Source: Elsinoe ampelina
Lineage: Eukaryota
DNA length: 64,000 nucleotides
Assembly (NCBI GenBank): GCA_010093995.1
Contig: ML992511.1
Coordinates: forward strand, 1,082,172 to 1,146,171
Reading direction: 5' to 3'
Shown here: one piece after another, positions 25,274 through 37,580 of the stretch
Numbering within the stretch: the stretch's first letter is position 1
How the letters are laid out: each line of letters begins with the position of its first letter
Program-made: the position numbers and the translations under genes
Notes under the pieces: generated by a model
Told to the model about the DNA's origin: nothing
Databases searched by the model: none
The model's input: only the letters and a program-made list of their open reading frames with translations

Positions 25274-25951
25274 CGCAGCGTCTCCAACAGTCCTTGCCGC
25301 GATTGCTTCCCAAGCAGGTCCTACCAGTACCACTCCCAGCAGCGTCATTCAGCGCCCTTCATTGACGTCTGCCATCACCAGCTCTCTCACGATACTCTCT
25401 CGACCACGCGTCTTACGACTGTAACAACTCTTCACCATGACCATGACCATGACCTCCTACTACACCAAACCCATCCACGCAGTCCTCTTACGCCAGCCTC
25501 ATTCAAGCCCTCCAATTGCGACCTCAAGCACCAGCCCCGGTCCGCATCTTTTGGTACCAGCCAGGATCCAAGAACAAGGAAACACTGAGAAGAAACCCAA
25601 GACCTACCAGCACCCACCACCCCTAACGAGCCACGATCTCATTTGTCTGCAAACAGTAAATGCCCCAGGAAATGTCCGAAACGTCAATAAGGTATCTAGA
25701 TACTCCTCCCTTCTGTACAATGAGTCAACGAGAAAGATGCTGTTCATGCTTACTTCGTGCCGATTCTCCCCGTCCACTTCCTTAGATCCTCGCTATCCCT
25801 CCCTCTCGCTCATAGTGCAATCGCTTCCCATGCCATACAAATGAAACTGATCATCCTTTCCTCTTTCCTTGGTATCGTCCTGGAAACCTGTCGATGCTGT
25901 ACATTACCTCCCCTCGCCCCCTCCCTCCTCTCATTATCCATTCCTCCAGAC

Positions 25952-27195
25952 CTAGCGGAGACCAATCACACTCTGCCAAACGTCAGCCCCTCCTCCCGTC
26001 ACCCAAGAGCCTCACCATTTATCATTCAACGAAAAGCACTCACCATCTCCAAAGTCCAAACCCTCCTGATCCACACCTTCAGCGTCCCTTCCACGCCTTC
26101 AACGTTGTTCAAGTCCACACCCTCCCACCAACATCTCCTCGCCGGCTTCCGCCAGAAGAGAAGGAGCTTCTGGGCCATACCCACGGCGTTGTTCTGTGCC
26201 TGTTGGTTGTTCGGGCCGCCTGCAGGGTTGACGTCTGTCCGGAGACGTGCGAGGGCGATGCTACAGATGACGGCCTTGTTGGGTTCGGAGGCGCGGTGGC
26301 CCCACGTATCGGCGTGGTTGAAGCCGCTAGATGGGTCAGCATGGTCAGGCAAGGAAGGGCAAGCAGGAGAGGGGCCTACCCGGCGGTCAACATCTCGATC
26401 AGATGCTGCTCCGTGGTGCCTGGCTCTTCGCTCTTGCGGAGGCCACTGAAGATGCCGTCTTGTCTGAGTAGAGCCTTGCCAGCTGCGCGTTTGACGTTCA
26501 TCATCTCGGCTTGTTGGATGTCTCGGCGGGGCGGGATGGCGTAGAAGTCGAGGTCTTCCCGCAGGACGATTATGCCGGCTCGGTCTTGAAGCATGTCGCG
26601 GGCGTTGCCAGCCATTGGCTCAATGGGAATGGTGGAGCCGCGCTCGGAAGGGTCGGGGGATGAGAAAGGAGATGCGTCAGTGGCGTCTTGGTTAGGGATG
26701 GTGGAGGCGACGTTGCGGAAGAAGTCGAGCATGTATGATAAAGAAGCAGGATCGTACTGAGAGGAGTAAAGTATGTCAGATAAATATACTTCAGGGGTTT
26801 GCAAAACATGAAAAAGAGAAGTGAGTGATGGAGAGGCGACTGAGGTAATGGTTTGCGACTGTCGCAATAGGGACGTGTTGCGTTGGGGGATGCTTACGTC
26901 TACAGGGTATACGTCGGATTCGTGGAAGGAGTTCATGTGACCTTCCGGGAGGAGACCGTTGGGGAATAATGAGAGGAGCACGAATTCGGGTAGTGTGAGG
27001 AGCTCATCTCGCGAGAGGGTGAAGCGTGTGCCTCTCAGATCGAGGTTGATGTGCTCGTCTGAGCTGCCTGGAGGATGTCAGAGCCGTTTCTGTACCAATT
27101 TGCCGGCTCCAATTACCTTGCAGCGTATTAATTGGCGCCGGACCACTCTGTTGCACCTGCGTAATGATGCTCGCGGCACCTCCTGCTGCAGCCAT
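25952..27195 (-). CDS. WHI2: Whi2-like BTB/POZ-domain stress-response protein (Psr phosphatase partner)
   Basis: LDLRGTRFTLSRDELLTLPEFVLLSLFPNG, IIVLREDLDFY, EQHLIEML, KLLLFWRKPARRCWW, KVWIRRVWTLEMSVIG. GT-AG introns 27068-27116, 26757-26897, 26327-26379, 25973-26043. Coordinates run from the first in-frame ATG. The frame is open upstream to 27738. Confidence 0.9.
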
Positions 27196-28100
27196 CACGT
27201 ATGTAAGTCCGTCGATAGGACTTGATCCTTCAGTGTATGGAGGTGGCGGTTCCCCGTCGTCGAGGTCGTCCTTGGATGGCCCTTCTTTTGGATCCTTGGT
27301 ATCTCTCGGAAGTGCAGCTTTTGTCTCGGCGACTACAGGTGGAACTGAGGAAGAGGAAGCTTGATTAAATGGAGGGGCAGGCGCAAATGCAGGCGGTTGT
27401 TCAGTGGCGGTCTCTGCTACGAGCGCTTTGAGAGGATCTTCTAGAGAAGGTTCCGGGAAGTAGAGAGTGGGAAAGTTGTGGGACGAGAAGGAGGGTGGGC
27501 GCTCGGTAGTGTCAGCCGGGGCTGGAGAGTTTGCGTCTGTGACTGTTTCGATCTGATCGGCCGTGGGACAATCGTAAATGCTATTCGCTAGACTTGGCTT
27601 GCTATCGCTATCTCGAGAGGTTGAATGTCTAAAGGAGCGTGATCTGGAAGTAGCAACGGATATGCGGTCTGGATCCAACGTGACGGTGTTTGTGTTTGGA
27701 CTTGAGGATGTGCTAGGCGGAATGCGAGACTCGGGCTGTCAATTGCGACATGCGCAAAGAGTTTGGATGCTTCGACTGGGTGGCCAACAGTTCGAGGGGG
27801 GTTTCGGCCTGAAGGTGCGCTGTTGAGCGTGTAGGGTGGTATCGTGATGAGATGGAGTCGAGGTGATGTTGGTTGCCAAGACGTCTTCGCTGGCAGGCAC
27901 GACTAACCTCATTGGGTCATCAATTTGCGGCTGAAATCACGGTCCAGAAGCAGCTGAGCCGAGTGACATGTCTGATCGATTGTAATTGCAAATACATTTC
28001 TCGACATCCTGCAAATTATGCTTTAATTCAAAAAGCCCCAAGGGTATCTCAGAATGAAAATCGCAATCCAATGACACATTCAAGACTTGAGCTGCCTTTT

Positions 28101-29366
28101 TCAACTGCGTCTCGTCCTCCGCTTGGTGGCAGTGCCAGTGCTCTTCTTGGGGGGCTCGGGCTCCTCGTAATTCTCATCCTCCTCCTGGTCATCAACTTCA
28201 TCTTCCTCTCGTTCGCTGATATCATCTTTATCTGCATTCCTCTTGCTTCGACGCCTGATCTTGTCCTTGGCATCGTTCCAGAAACCGCTGGCGTCGTCCA
28301 CTGTATCGCTAACTCTGCGGCGCACTTGGTGCTTGTCGGCTTCGTCCTGCAAGTCATCCATGATATCAGCTTCACCTCCACATCCGGTCTTGCATACGAA
28401 ATCGAGAATGCCCCAGTGGCCGAAATTGCCCTTTCCAGCTGTGGCGTAATGCTGGTCCACCCTGCGAGCCATGCCGGGTAGCATGATAGCTGATGGCAAA
28501 GCTGAATAACCAGAGTAAATGAACAAGTTCTCCAAGCAGACGATACTTTGAAACAGCAGGAAAGTCAAGACATGCATACGCCAAAAATATGCTGGAATGT
28601 ATGACGGTAGCCAGTGAGCCAGGAGGAAGCAGATGGGATGATCGTAGGCAGCATACAGTGAGAAAATGATCCTGTTATTATGCGCCCACTGTCGATGAAG
28701 CTTGGCGATGGGAGCGAATTGCGATCTGGTAGGAGCGTGCAGCACGAAACGATGGATGACATAGTGTAAGACCCCTCGCACCACGAACGCCTTGAGCAGT
28801 TCGATGGCCATGGTCCATGGAAGAGGAACAGACATGGTAACTCGGAGAGCGGACTTGAGACCAACAAGCTTGAATATCCAGTCAAGGATCAATTGAATTG
28901 CAATGCCGAGTACGACGTTGAAGGTTGCCCATCCTGTAATGTGAAGCAGCCGTTGCTGACCGAGTCGAGCTGGTAATTGCTTCTTGCCTCCAGCCTTGAT
29001 GCTTGCCGATGCGCCTGGAATGAAGTAATCGAACGCCAGGAAGCCATAAGCCGGTAGGAGAAAGGTCAGGACTTTGACTGCAAGAGATCCATACATCTCG
29101 ATGACCCTTGGCGAATGGGTCCAGATAAGAGCGCTCCATGTCAAGTAGAAGAAGACGAGGTTTACTGATGTCTGTGTGCCGCCAAAGAAAGGGATGGCCA
29201 GGAATGAAAGGATGGTCATTGGCAGTGACAACAGAAAGCCGACCTGACCGAGAGCGCTGCCATAGAAGCCCCAAGCACGATCTGACCATGTTGGTTGTGC
29301 GCGACCGAGCAGCTTATCGATCGAGTAGATGGCTCCATTGCGGAGCTGTTGTAGCTGAGAAGACAT
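28101..29366 (-). CDS. Fatty-acid hydroxylase / sterol desaturase superfamily membrane protein
   Basis: Several TM segments, HYVIHRFVLH, LHRQWAH, AAYDHP, YSGY, GNFGHWGILD, and an acidic/basic tail. Start uncertain. Confidence 0.75.
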   Translation of the reverse strand: MSSQLQQLRNGAIYSIDKLLGRAQPTWSDRAWGFYGSALGQVGFLLSLPMTILSFLAIPFFGGTQTSVNLVFFYLTWSALIWTHSPRVIEMYGSLAVKVLTFLLPAYGFLAFDYFIPGASASIKAGGKKQLPARLGQQRLLHITGWATFNVVLGIAIQLILDWIFKLVGLKSALRVTMSVPLPWTMAIELLKAFVVRGVLHYVIHRFVLHAPTRSQFAPIAKLHRQWAHNNRIIFSLYAAYDHPICFLLAHWLPSYIPAYFWRMHVLTFLLFQSIVCLENLFIYSGYSALPSAIMLPGMARRVDQHYATAGKGNFGHWGILDFVCKTGCGGEADIMDDLQDEADKHQVRRRVSDTVDDASGFWNDAKDKIRRRSKRNADKDDISEREEDEVDDQEEDENYEEPEPPKKSTGTATKRRTRRS

Positions 29367-30282
29367 GGCAGGTGATATCGATGCCCACATGAGTGATAGG
29401 GTAGACGCAGAAATTGGAAGTAATGGAAGAAGGAAAGTCAAACCTGATGAGATATGGTGGCTCGACGTCGCTATCGCATCTCACCGTGACGACAGAACAG
29501 AAGTTGGCAGAGACGCCGACATGCGGGGCAAAATGAAGAAGGCTGGGACTGGAATCCTGAGAGAGAGGTTGAGATCACCGATCGCCATGTGAGCCGCACA
29601 GATGTCCAACACGAACAAGACTTGAGAAGATTATTGACCACGAGTTGATGTCGGGGAAATCTGGAGACAAGTGTGCGAAGAAGAAGAAGAAGCTACTGAA
29701 AGGTTTCGTAGGTCGATTGATGCTCCACTTTTGCTGCGCACGGCCATGGTTGATTCTTGTCATGATCGACTTTGCATAAGTGTGCATATCCCTATTCTCA
29801 GCATCCATGTTGTTGCACGTAGTAGTTGCAGGATGCTAAACGTAACAATTGACAATACATCCGAGCACAGTCCGAGCTCACGTGGTCCCGAGAGGATCAG
29901 ATGGCAAGGAGAATTCCATTGGCATTTGCTATAAGTTACTGTAGGTATTCATCGACGAAGCCTTGCCGGCTCGGCACATTTGAAGTGGACCCTGAAGTTT
30001 GGCCCATGGCTTAAGATGCAGTCGTTCATTTCCGTGGTTGTCTTCAGACAGGTTCATTTGACATGCTTCCTTCATGTTTGCTGACGTTTTAGCGACATTC
30101 TCGGCTGCCTTTAATCGCTCAGAGAACTTCCGATGAGGTGCTGGTACTCTTATTGCAGCCAAATACCGATTCTGTCAGCAGCACCACTTCAGGGGTCATC
30201 AACCCATCACCGCAATGCGCCGGCATGAATTATGACATCTCCCATTCACCATATCTTTTAAGCGACTTTAATATACGGAAAG

Positions 30283-33200
30283 ATGGACGCCGAACCACCG
30301 CCCATAGCAATGCGGCCTCGCGCAAAGCAGAAAAAGTCGGCCAACAGTGTTAGGCACAAGCCAGCGGACACAGAAGTCCTGACTTCTATGATCGATGCGC
30401 TCAGCTCCTTTACACCGTCACCGAGCACGCGGAAACACTACGAGGTGGTTGATGGGTATTACGATTCGCCTCGGGCATCCTCAAGACACTCAAGGTTGCC
30501 ATCAATTGAGGACGATGATGGAGGTGCGCCGTCTCCCGTGGTAGGACCTACAAGATCGCCAAGTGAGCGGAAGCGACCTGGAGTGAGCCGGCAGAATTCA
30601 GGCATGACCTACGGCGATCTCATATCTGCAGAAAGTCCATATGGTGCATCGTTCAAGCGACGGTCCTTGCAGTCTGTCGACAGCCTTTCATTGAGAGAGC
30701 AAGGTGGAGGGCTCCGGCGACTCTTTCGGACAACTTCGATGCGATCAAGGAGTTCTCTGACTATCGAGTCCACATATTCTGGGGATTCAGATCGATCAAG
30801 TCGACACAGCATTGCTACATTACAAGGCATTACAGAACCGCCCAGGTCAACACCACGACAGACGCAACCTGATCGACCCGCACCGCGACCTCCAACTTCC
30901 GAACCACGGCCGAGGAGGGGAAAGAGCACGGAAATGATGTTCAATACTGATTTCGCAAACGAGCTGAAGCCTGACACGACCAAAGTGCGCAAAGATTCCT
31001 ACGTCGAAGCAGAGTCAAGCAAAGATGCAGAGGAGAGGGAATGGGACATTCAGATACCGCGGAAACCACTGCCGAACGGGACACTGGACAGATTTGACAT
31101 TCCTGCCCCTACAGGTCAAGATGTCAGTCCAGGTTCAGGTGGAGCATTTGACAAGCAATTCGAGACTCCGCCCGTGCGACGGAAAAAGAAGAAGAGCAAG
31201 TCAAGGTCGGCGTCTTCTAGCACTCGATCGAGTCCACTCAAAAGCCCAATCACCGATGCAATACCTGAAAGACGCTCATCCCTCAATCAAGCAGAAAAGA
31301 CAGCAGCTGAGATGGAGAAACGAGCATTGCGCAAATCCAAATCTGCTTCGGAGACCGGATCTGCCCGACGGAGAAAAAAGGCAGCCCGTACTGAGAAGAT
31401 CTTGGAAGAATTGGGAGAGGACGATGAGACTGTGCGACGAATCAGAGAATTGAAGCTGCAGAAAGAGGAGAGGATGCGACAAGAGAAGACGCATCCCAAT
31501 AATAATGCCGTGGACCAGGACCAAAATGCTGGGTCGGACGGGATTAAAGTTGGCACTGGCTCACACCAAGCGGAGAACGGCGTCGATGCCGCACGCGCCA
31601 TGCAGGAACCATCGGAACCACCCCCTGAACCTACAAAGTCTATTTCCAATATAAACACCACGAGGCTGGCTGACACTACCAAGGCCCACAAGCTGTTGGG
31701 TCTGACTACGACGACTACTTCTCTGCAGAATACAACATCACCTCTTGCATCCAACCCACCTGCTAGGAGGGCACCCCAAAGACCGACCAGCTCTGGACCT
31801 CCTGGTAGGACTTCTGTCGATTCGCGGACTACGGATGTGGACCCAGAGTATAATTACGCCACCGCGATGAAGACACTGGAGAAACAATCGAGGCCTTCGA
31901 TCGATACCCGCCGCAGTCAAGACAAGACATTGCCCAAACAGAATGGAGTCCGACCTAGCCTGGACAAGCGACGGCCGCCTGCCATTGTCACCTCTCTGGA
32001 CGAAGGACCTCGCGCCAGCATCGATGAAGAGATTGACTCGTTCTTGACCAATCCTCGGCTGAACAGAACTGTCCGACACCCAAAGACCAACCGCCTCATC
32101 TCTTTTTCAGAAGTTGGCGCACCCACGGGATTTCCTGTCGTGGTGTGCGTCGGCATGGGTCTCACTCGCTTCGTGAGCGCCTTCTACGACGAGCTCGCCA
32201 CCACACTCAATCTCCGCCTCATCACCCCGGACCGTCCTGGCGTTGGCAGATCCGAACCCTACAGCGAACGCGATGCCCCCGGCCCCATGTCGTGGCACCA
32301 AGACGTCGCAGCCATCTGCACCAGTCTCAACATCACACACTTCTCCCTCCTCGCACACTCCGCCGGCTCCATCTTCGCAATGGCCACCGCCCTCGTCCTC
32401 CCCAACCAAGTGACGGGTAAAGTCTTCCTCCTTGCTCCTTGGATCCCACCCAGCCAATTCGACACCCCCTCCCCCGAACCCACCACCGCCTCCCTCCCGC
32501 GCTCGCAACGCCTCCTCCGCGTCCTCCCCGTCTCCCTCCTCAAAGCAGCCAACTCCTCCTTCCTCGGCCTCAACACCAACAGCATGACATCCACCCCCAC
32601 CCCTTCCTCACCCGGCCCCGCGCCGTCCAAGAAATCCCTCTCCCCCACCCGCTCCAAACGCCGCCAATCAACCCTCGACCTCTCCCCCACCGCCCTACTG
32701 GAAAGCGAACTCCCCCTCCCCTCCCTCCTCCCCTTCTCCCCACCCATCATCCCCCCGTCCCACCCGGACCACCACTCCCCCGTGACCAAAATGTCCGCCA
32801 CATCCGGGCCCCTGGACCCGGAACTGGCCTACTCGACGACCCACCTGCACGCGGCCCAAGCCCACCACGACCGGCGCAAGGCCCACCTCGACGCGGCCCT
32901 GCTGCACCGCGTCTGGGCCGAAGCGACGCGCGACAGCAACCCCGCCAACGACCTGCTCGTGTGCCTGGAGCGCAACAGGGGCGTGGGCTTCCGCTACACG
33001 GACGTGAGGAAGAGGGTCGTGGTTGTGCATGGCGAGGAGGACAAGCGGGTGCGCAGCGAGAATGTGCGCTGGCTCGTCGCGGGGATGAACAGGGCGAGGG
33101 AAGCGCGGGGTGCTGCTGCTGCTGCCGCCTCCGCCAACGGTGGGGCGGGAGAGAAGGCCCGGGGTGATGGCTTGGATGGGGACGACGACGAGGGACTGTG

Positions 33201-33414
33201 TGAGCTGAGACTGCTCAGGGGAGAAGGGCATGGTCTCATGGCTGTCGCGAGCGTCATGGGGGATGTGCTGAGTGAGATTGCGGAGGAGTGGAGGGTGCGA
33301 GCCAGGAGGGAGAGGGACGAGGGGGAAAAGTGGAGGGAGGAGAGAGGGGTGGTGGAGCTGGGGACGGAGAGGGGTGAGGGGAGGGGGTTGTTCCAGGAGT
33401 TGGAGGGGAGGTGA
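30283..33414 (+). CDS. Alpha/beta hydrolase with long disordered N-terminus, 1043 aa
   Basis: ISFSEVG, VCVGMGLTR, LITPDRPGVGRS, nucleophile elbow LAHSAG, HGEEDKRV, GEGHGLM. Confidence 0.88.
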   Translation: MDAEPPPIAMRPRAKQKKSANSVRHKPADTEVLTSMIDALSSFTPSPSTRKHYEVVDGYYDSPRASSRHSRLPSIEDDDGGAPSPVVGPTRSPSERKRPGVSRQNSGMTYGDLISAESPYGASFKRRSLQSVDSLSLREQGGGLRRLFRTTSMRSRSSLTIESTYSGDSDRSSRHSIATLQGITEPPRSTPRQTQPDRPAPRPPTSEPRPRRGKSTEMMFNTDFANELKPDTTKVRKDSYVEAESSKDAEEREWDIQIPRKPLPNGTLDRFDIPAPTGQDVSPGSGGAFDKQFETPPVRRKKKKSKSRSASSSTRSSPLKSPITDAIPERRSSLNQAEKTAAEMEKRALRKSKSASETGSARRRKKAARTEKILEELGEDDETVRRIRELKLQKEERMRQEKTHPNNNAVDQDQNAGSDGIKVGTGSHQAENGVDAARAMQEPSEPPPEPTKSISNINTTRLADTTKAHKLLGLTTTTTSLQNTTSPLASNPPARRAPQRPTSSGPPGRTSVDSRTTDVDPEYNYATAMKTLEKQSRPSIDTRRSQDKTLPKQNGVRPSLDKRRPPAIVTSLDEGPRASIDEEIDSFLTNPRLNRTVRHPKTNRLISFSEVGAPTGFPVVVCVGMGLTRFVSAFYDELATTLNLRLITPDRPGVGRSEPYSERDAPGPMSWHQDVAAICTSLNITHFSLLAHSAGSIFAMATALVLPNQVTGKVFLLAPWIPPSQFDTPSPEPTTASLPRSQRLLRVLPVSLLKAANSSFLGLNTNSMTSTPTPSSPGPAPSKKSLSPTRSKRRQSTLDLSPTALLESELPLPSLLPFSPPIIPPSHPDHHSPVTKMSATSGPLDPELAYSTTHLHAAQAHHDRRKAHLDAALLHRVWAEATRDSNPANDLLVCLERNRGVGFRYTDVRKRVVVVHGEEDKRVRSENVRWLVAGMNRAREARGAAAAAASANGGAGEKARGDGLDGDDDEGLCELRLLRGEGHGLMAVASVMGDVLSEIAEEWRVRARRERDEGEKWREERGVVELGTERGEGRGLFQELEGR

Positions 33415-33716
33415 TGCCATGGCCATGTGGTGGTAATGTTGGTTTTCAGATATATGATGATACCCAAATGATAGCATGTGTTTTATATCTGTGCTTGTTT
33501 GTCTATCTATTGCCTGTGAAACAGCTGGTGGTACAGTAATATTATCATAACACATACTCGTTCTAGATTTCGATCTACCAACTACAGATACCACAGCTGC
33601 AGACTGCCACATTACGTCTATTTACCAGGATCTGTACTACTTTTTCCATTTCATCAGCCCTTCAACACTGTCCCGAACTGGATCTGCACCCTGTAAGCGG
33701 ACGCAGTCCCCGAGCT

Positions 33717-35255
33717 CTACTCATGGCTGCTGCCTCTCTTTTCGCTCCTGTCGGCACTCATCCTCTTTTGTAACCTCCTTCCACGCCTACTGCCAACGGA
33801 ACCACCACTTTCCGTGCTTGATGATCTAATTCGTGATGTCGTACCTGACTGCGGTGTTGCGAGCTTTACTTCGAGCGATCCTGGCCTCAAAACGGCAAAG
33901 CCGGAATTGACACGGCGGAGGATCTCGGAACTTCTCCTACTGGACACTGAAAAGCTGGCAGAGACGGGTGTGCTTGGAGGTGTGAGAGAGCGTTTTCTGA
34001 GCCTCCTACCTCGCTGCATGGTTGATGACCTCGGAGAGGTACCATCCAGCCCGGGCGTGTTGGCAGTCACTCGGATGGACGGTGTACTGAAATGTTTCGC
34101 ATCGCTGTCAGCTCCTTCTAGATCCATCTCGAATGACAGGCGATCAGAAAGCGTGGTCTCAAGAACAGCCAATCCGCTTGCAGGATCCAGGTCAAGACGT
34201 TCGCTTCGATGTCTTGGTAATAATTGGCCGGTCTCGGCTACCTGTGACAGTCGTCTCTGCTGCATCGCGACGTTGCTATCGGCGCTGACGGATCTGAGGG
34301 ATGCAGGGGCGGAGCCTGCTATCTGTCGAGTGGTACGGAAGTCGGATCGAAGGTAGTCTGCACCAGGACTGGCATCATCACTAACGCTGGTGGCTTGAGA
34401 GTAGACGGAAGTGAAACTGTGCGCACTCGGAGAAGGTTGTGGACCATCTAACGATGCGTTAGTAAACGCGAACCCCCTTGTTCTCAATGCTCTTACCAGT
34501 CGGATTCAGTCTTGTGTTCAACCTCGGACCAAACGAATTCTTGGTCCGGTAGCCTGAGACACCTTCATACTTTGCAAAAGAATGAGGCGGATACTTGCTG
34601 CGACCATTCATGTTGGGCAGAGGAGGACTCGGTTGTCCCTGGTCAACATCCTGCATAGGTGTGAGTTGAAGACTGGAAATGTCTCCGGTCGATGCAGTCT
34701 CGGACGTCAGGCCAGAAGATTCTCTTCGTTCCATGTGAACCGATCGAGCTTGCCGCAGATCTGTTGTCGAGGCATTGCTTAGTCGATATGCTGCAAAGTC
34801 GCTCTGTGAAACTTCTCTGCTCGACGGTCGTGAATCCCAAACCTCGTCCAGACGGGTGCCCTCCTCAAGAGCTCGAATGCCGAAGGGGACCTGGATTGAG
34901 TTCTTCTCTTGCATCTGCTCCCGAGACGATCGTTGTCGCTTTGGCTTCCGCACATTCTTGGTGCTGAGAGACCTGATGATGGATTTCTCTCTGATGACCT
35001 GAACTTTGTCTGCGAGTTTTTCCAGGGCGGTGTATTTTCGGACTTTCCATATAGAATACCAGAGCTTGAAAAGACCTCCGATTATTGTAAGGACCTACGA
35101 TGTAAGCCGTGAAAAAGTACCGCAGATGATAACTCACAAGAGCAGTACCAAGGATCTGAAACAGTCAGTCGGGAAAGGTTTGGTTTGGGCAGATGGCTGC
35201 TTACGAAGACCAATTTCTGCCACAGTTCCCAGTCTACAAAGAAGATTTTGGGCAT
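33717..35255 (-). CDS. Uncharacterised single-pass membrane protein
   Basis: Exons 35255-35205, 35155-35138 (18-nt microexon), 35094-34497, 34447-33717, all GT-AG. N-terminus MPKIFFVDWELWQKLVFILGTALVLTIIGGLFKLW and motif VPFGIRALEEG..VW.SRP. Confidence 0.75.
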
Positions 35256-36123
35256 ATCGAGGTGTTGTGGTTGTAGGAGGTGAAACTACGGTGGATTTTT
35301 GGTACCAGATTTGAGGGGGACGCAGCGTAGTGAACGATCTTGGGGTTGTTGAATGGTTCGTGGAGATTGCGGTAACGACAGGCATGTGTAGACACAGGTT
35401 GAGTTCTAGGGATAGGTTTGTCGAATGAGAAGGTTGGAAAAACTCGTAATGTTGAAGTGTTGCGTCGTCCGGAATGTCGGATCTGGAAGTGTTAGAGACC
35501 TGGCAGGGCAGTCACGAGGCTACACGTGATATTTCGACGTTCTTCGGGTCCTTCCTTACATCATCACTTCAACGAATCGAATTACCACATGAAGACTTTT
35601 GCGTCAGCTCAAGTGCAAAATGTCTCCACGCAAGGATGGTTTGACCTTTTGCAGCAACTCGATCGAGGTTTAGTATACGAGAAGTGATAGTCACGCTTCA
35701 ATGCGTGTTGGGAGGACTCGAAAAGACAAATACCACGGCCTTTTCGACACGCGGTGCGCGGTCCTGCAAGTTACACAGACGGGCCCTGCACTATGCACGT
35801 GGATGACAGGGATGAAGACACGAGAGCGGAGAAATCTGCAAGGAGCGTGCGGCATACACGATCATTGATGGAGCGGTCATCGAGACGAGCAAGGGACATG
35901 GACATGATGATTTGAGATCATCCGAGTGATTGTTTGATGAAAACTATAGGTATGAGTGATGGAAGAAGAGTCAGGCGTGAATTGTAAGTAATCTATCATA
36001 AAGTCCGTGAACCCTGGTTGCTCCGACCTCGGCCTGCGTGAATGCCTTCACAACGCCATCCGTTTCGTAGCACACTTGCTCTTTTCTTGACGCCATGGTA
36101 TACCTTGCTCTTCCTGAAGGTTT

Positions 36124-37410
36124 CTACATCTTCTCGCCAGACTCTGCCATTTTCCTGCCGTATTTCTTGAGACGAATGGCCTGGACCGAAATGAAGCCAG
36201 TGGTGTCTTCGGGCTTGAAGTCGCCAATCTCGTCCATGCTCGATTCGGACATGTCGTACAGCTTCTCCGTGTCGCTCCATCGCCCGAGGACGGAGAACTG
36301 CCCCTTGAACACCCTGCATCTGACAGCGCCATTGACGCTGTCCTGGCTGGCCTTGACGCACTGGAGGAGGAATTTGGCTTCCGGGGAGAAGTAGAGACCG
36401 TTGTAGAGGACCTTGGCGTAATTGAAGGTGATGAACTGGTCGCGGAGTGCGCGGACTTCCCTGTCCATGACCAGACCCTCGAGATCGACATGGGCAGCTC
36501 GCAAGCAAGTCAAGCCAGGTGTCTCGTAGCATCCTCGGGACTTCAGGCCGATGAAACGGTTCTCGACAATGTCAATTCTGCCTACACCGTGTCGGCGAGC
36601 AATGGCGTTGCTTGTGAGGAAGATCTTGGTAGCGTCGGTCTCGGTACCATCCTTGTGCTCGAGCTTGACGGGCAGACCTTTACTGAAGTGGAGGGTGAAG
36701 TCTTCGGGGGTGTTTGGAGCATCCGCAGGATCCACAGTGAGCTTCCACATGTCCTTTGGTGCTTCGACGTTCGGGTCCTCCAGGATGCCCGCCTCATAAG
36801 AGCAGTGAGCCAGGTTCTCGTCCATACTCCATGGCTTCGACTTTGTGGATGTGACGGGGATGCCCTTCTCGGCAGCATAATCGAGGAGATCGTTTCGGCC
36901 CTTGAAGCGGTTGTAGAAGACGGGCTCCCTCCATGGGGCAATTACAGTGATAGTCGGCTGAAGAGCGTAGAAAGCAAGCTCGAAACGGACCTGGTCGTTG
37001 CCCTTGCCAGTGCAGCCGTGGGAGACCGCGAAGCAGCCTTCTGCTTGAGCAACCTTGATCTGAGCTCTAGCAATGACTGGACGAGCGAGGGATGTGCCGA
37101 GCAGGTACACGTTCTCGTAGATGGCGTTGGACTGGACAGCGGGCCAGCACAGCTCCTCAATGAACTCCTTCCTGAGATCCTCAACGTAGCACTTGAGTGC
37201 GCCAATCTTTGCAGCCTTCGCCTTTGCAGCTTCAAAGTCCTCCTCTTGTCCTACATCTGCCATGAAGCAAATGACATCGTAGCCTTGCTCGATCAGATAG
37301 GCCAGGATGCAAGAGGTGTCGAGACCTCCGCTGTAGGCGAGACAGACCTGGTAGTATTAGCTTGAGTGAAGCCCGATTTTGCGAACTGAAGCTACCTTCT
37401 GCTTTGCCAT
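36124..37410 (-). CDS. ARG1: Argininosuccinate synthase
   Basis: CLAYSGGLDTS, YLLGTSLARP, HGCTGKGNDQVRFE, ENRFIGLKSRGCYETP. Intron 37348-37395. Confidence 0.98.
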
Positions 37411-37518
37411 CGTAGATAAAGTGCAATTGAATCTAGTCGTGAACTTCAATGGGTGTGTGAAAAGATTCTCGTGGAGCAGATGGTAAACAGAAACTTATCG
37501 GTGAGCCCTCCACTGGCA

Positions 37519-37524
37519 TGACTC
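37519..37524. promoter_or_regulatory. Putative Gcn4/CpcA (cross-pathway control) site TGACTC
   Basis: ATGACTC about 110 bp upstream of the ARG1 start. Arginine biosynthesis genes are established Gcn4/CpcA targets. Confidence 0.5.
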
Positions 37525-37568
37525 CATCTCCCCCGGTCAAAAATTTGGGACCGCCGATCTCGGTCGTG

Positions 37569-37580
37569 CTTATCGATAAG
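37569..37580. promoter_or_regulatory. Palindromic double GATA element CTTATCGATAAG
   Basis: Perfect 12-bp palindrome in the ARG1/BDH divergent promoter, with another CTTATCG at about 37494. Confidence 0.45.
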
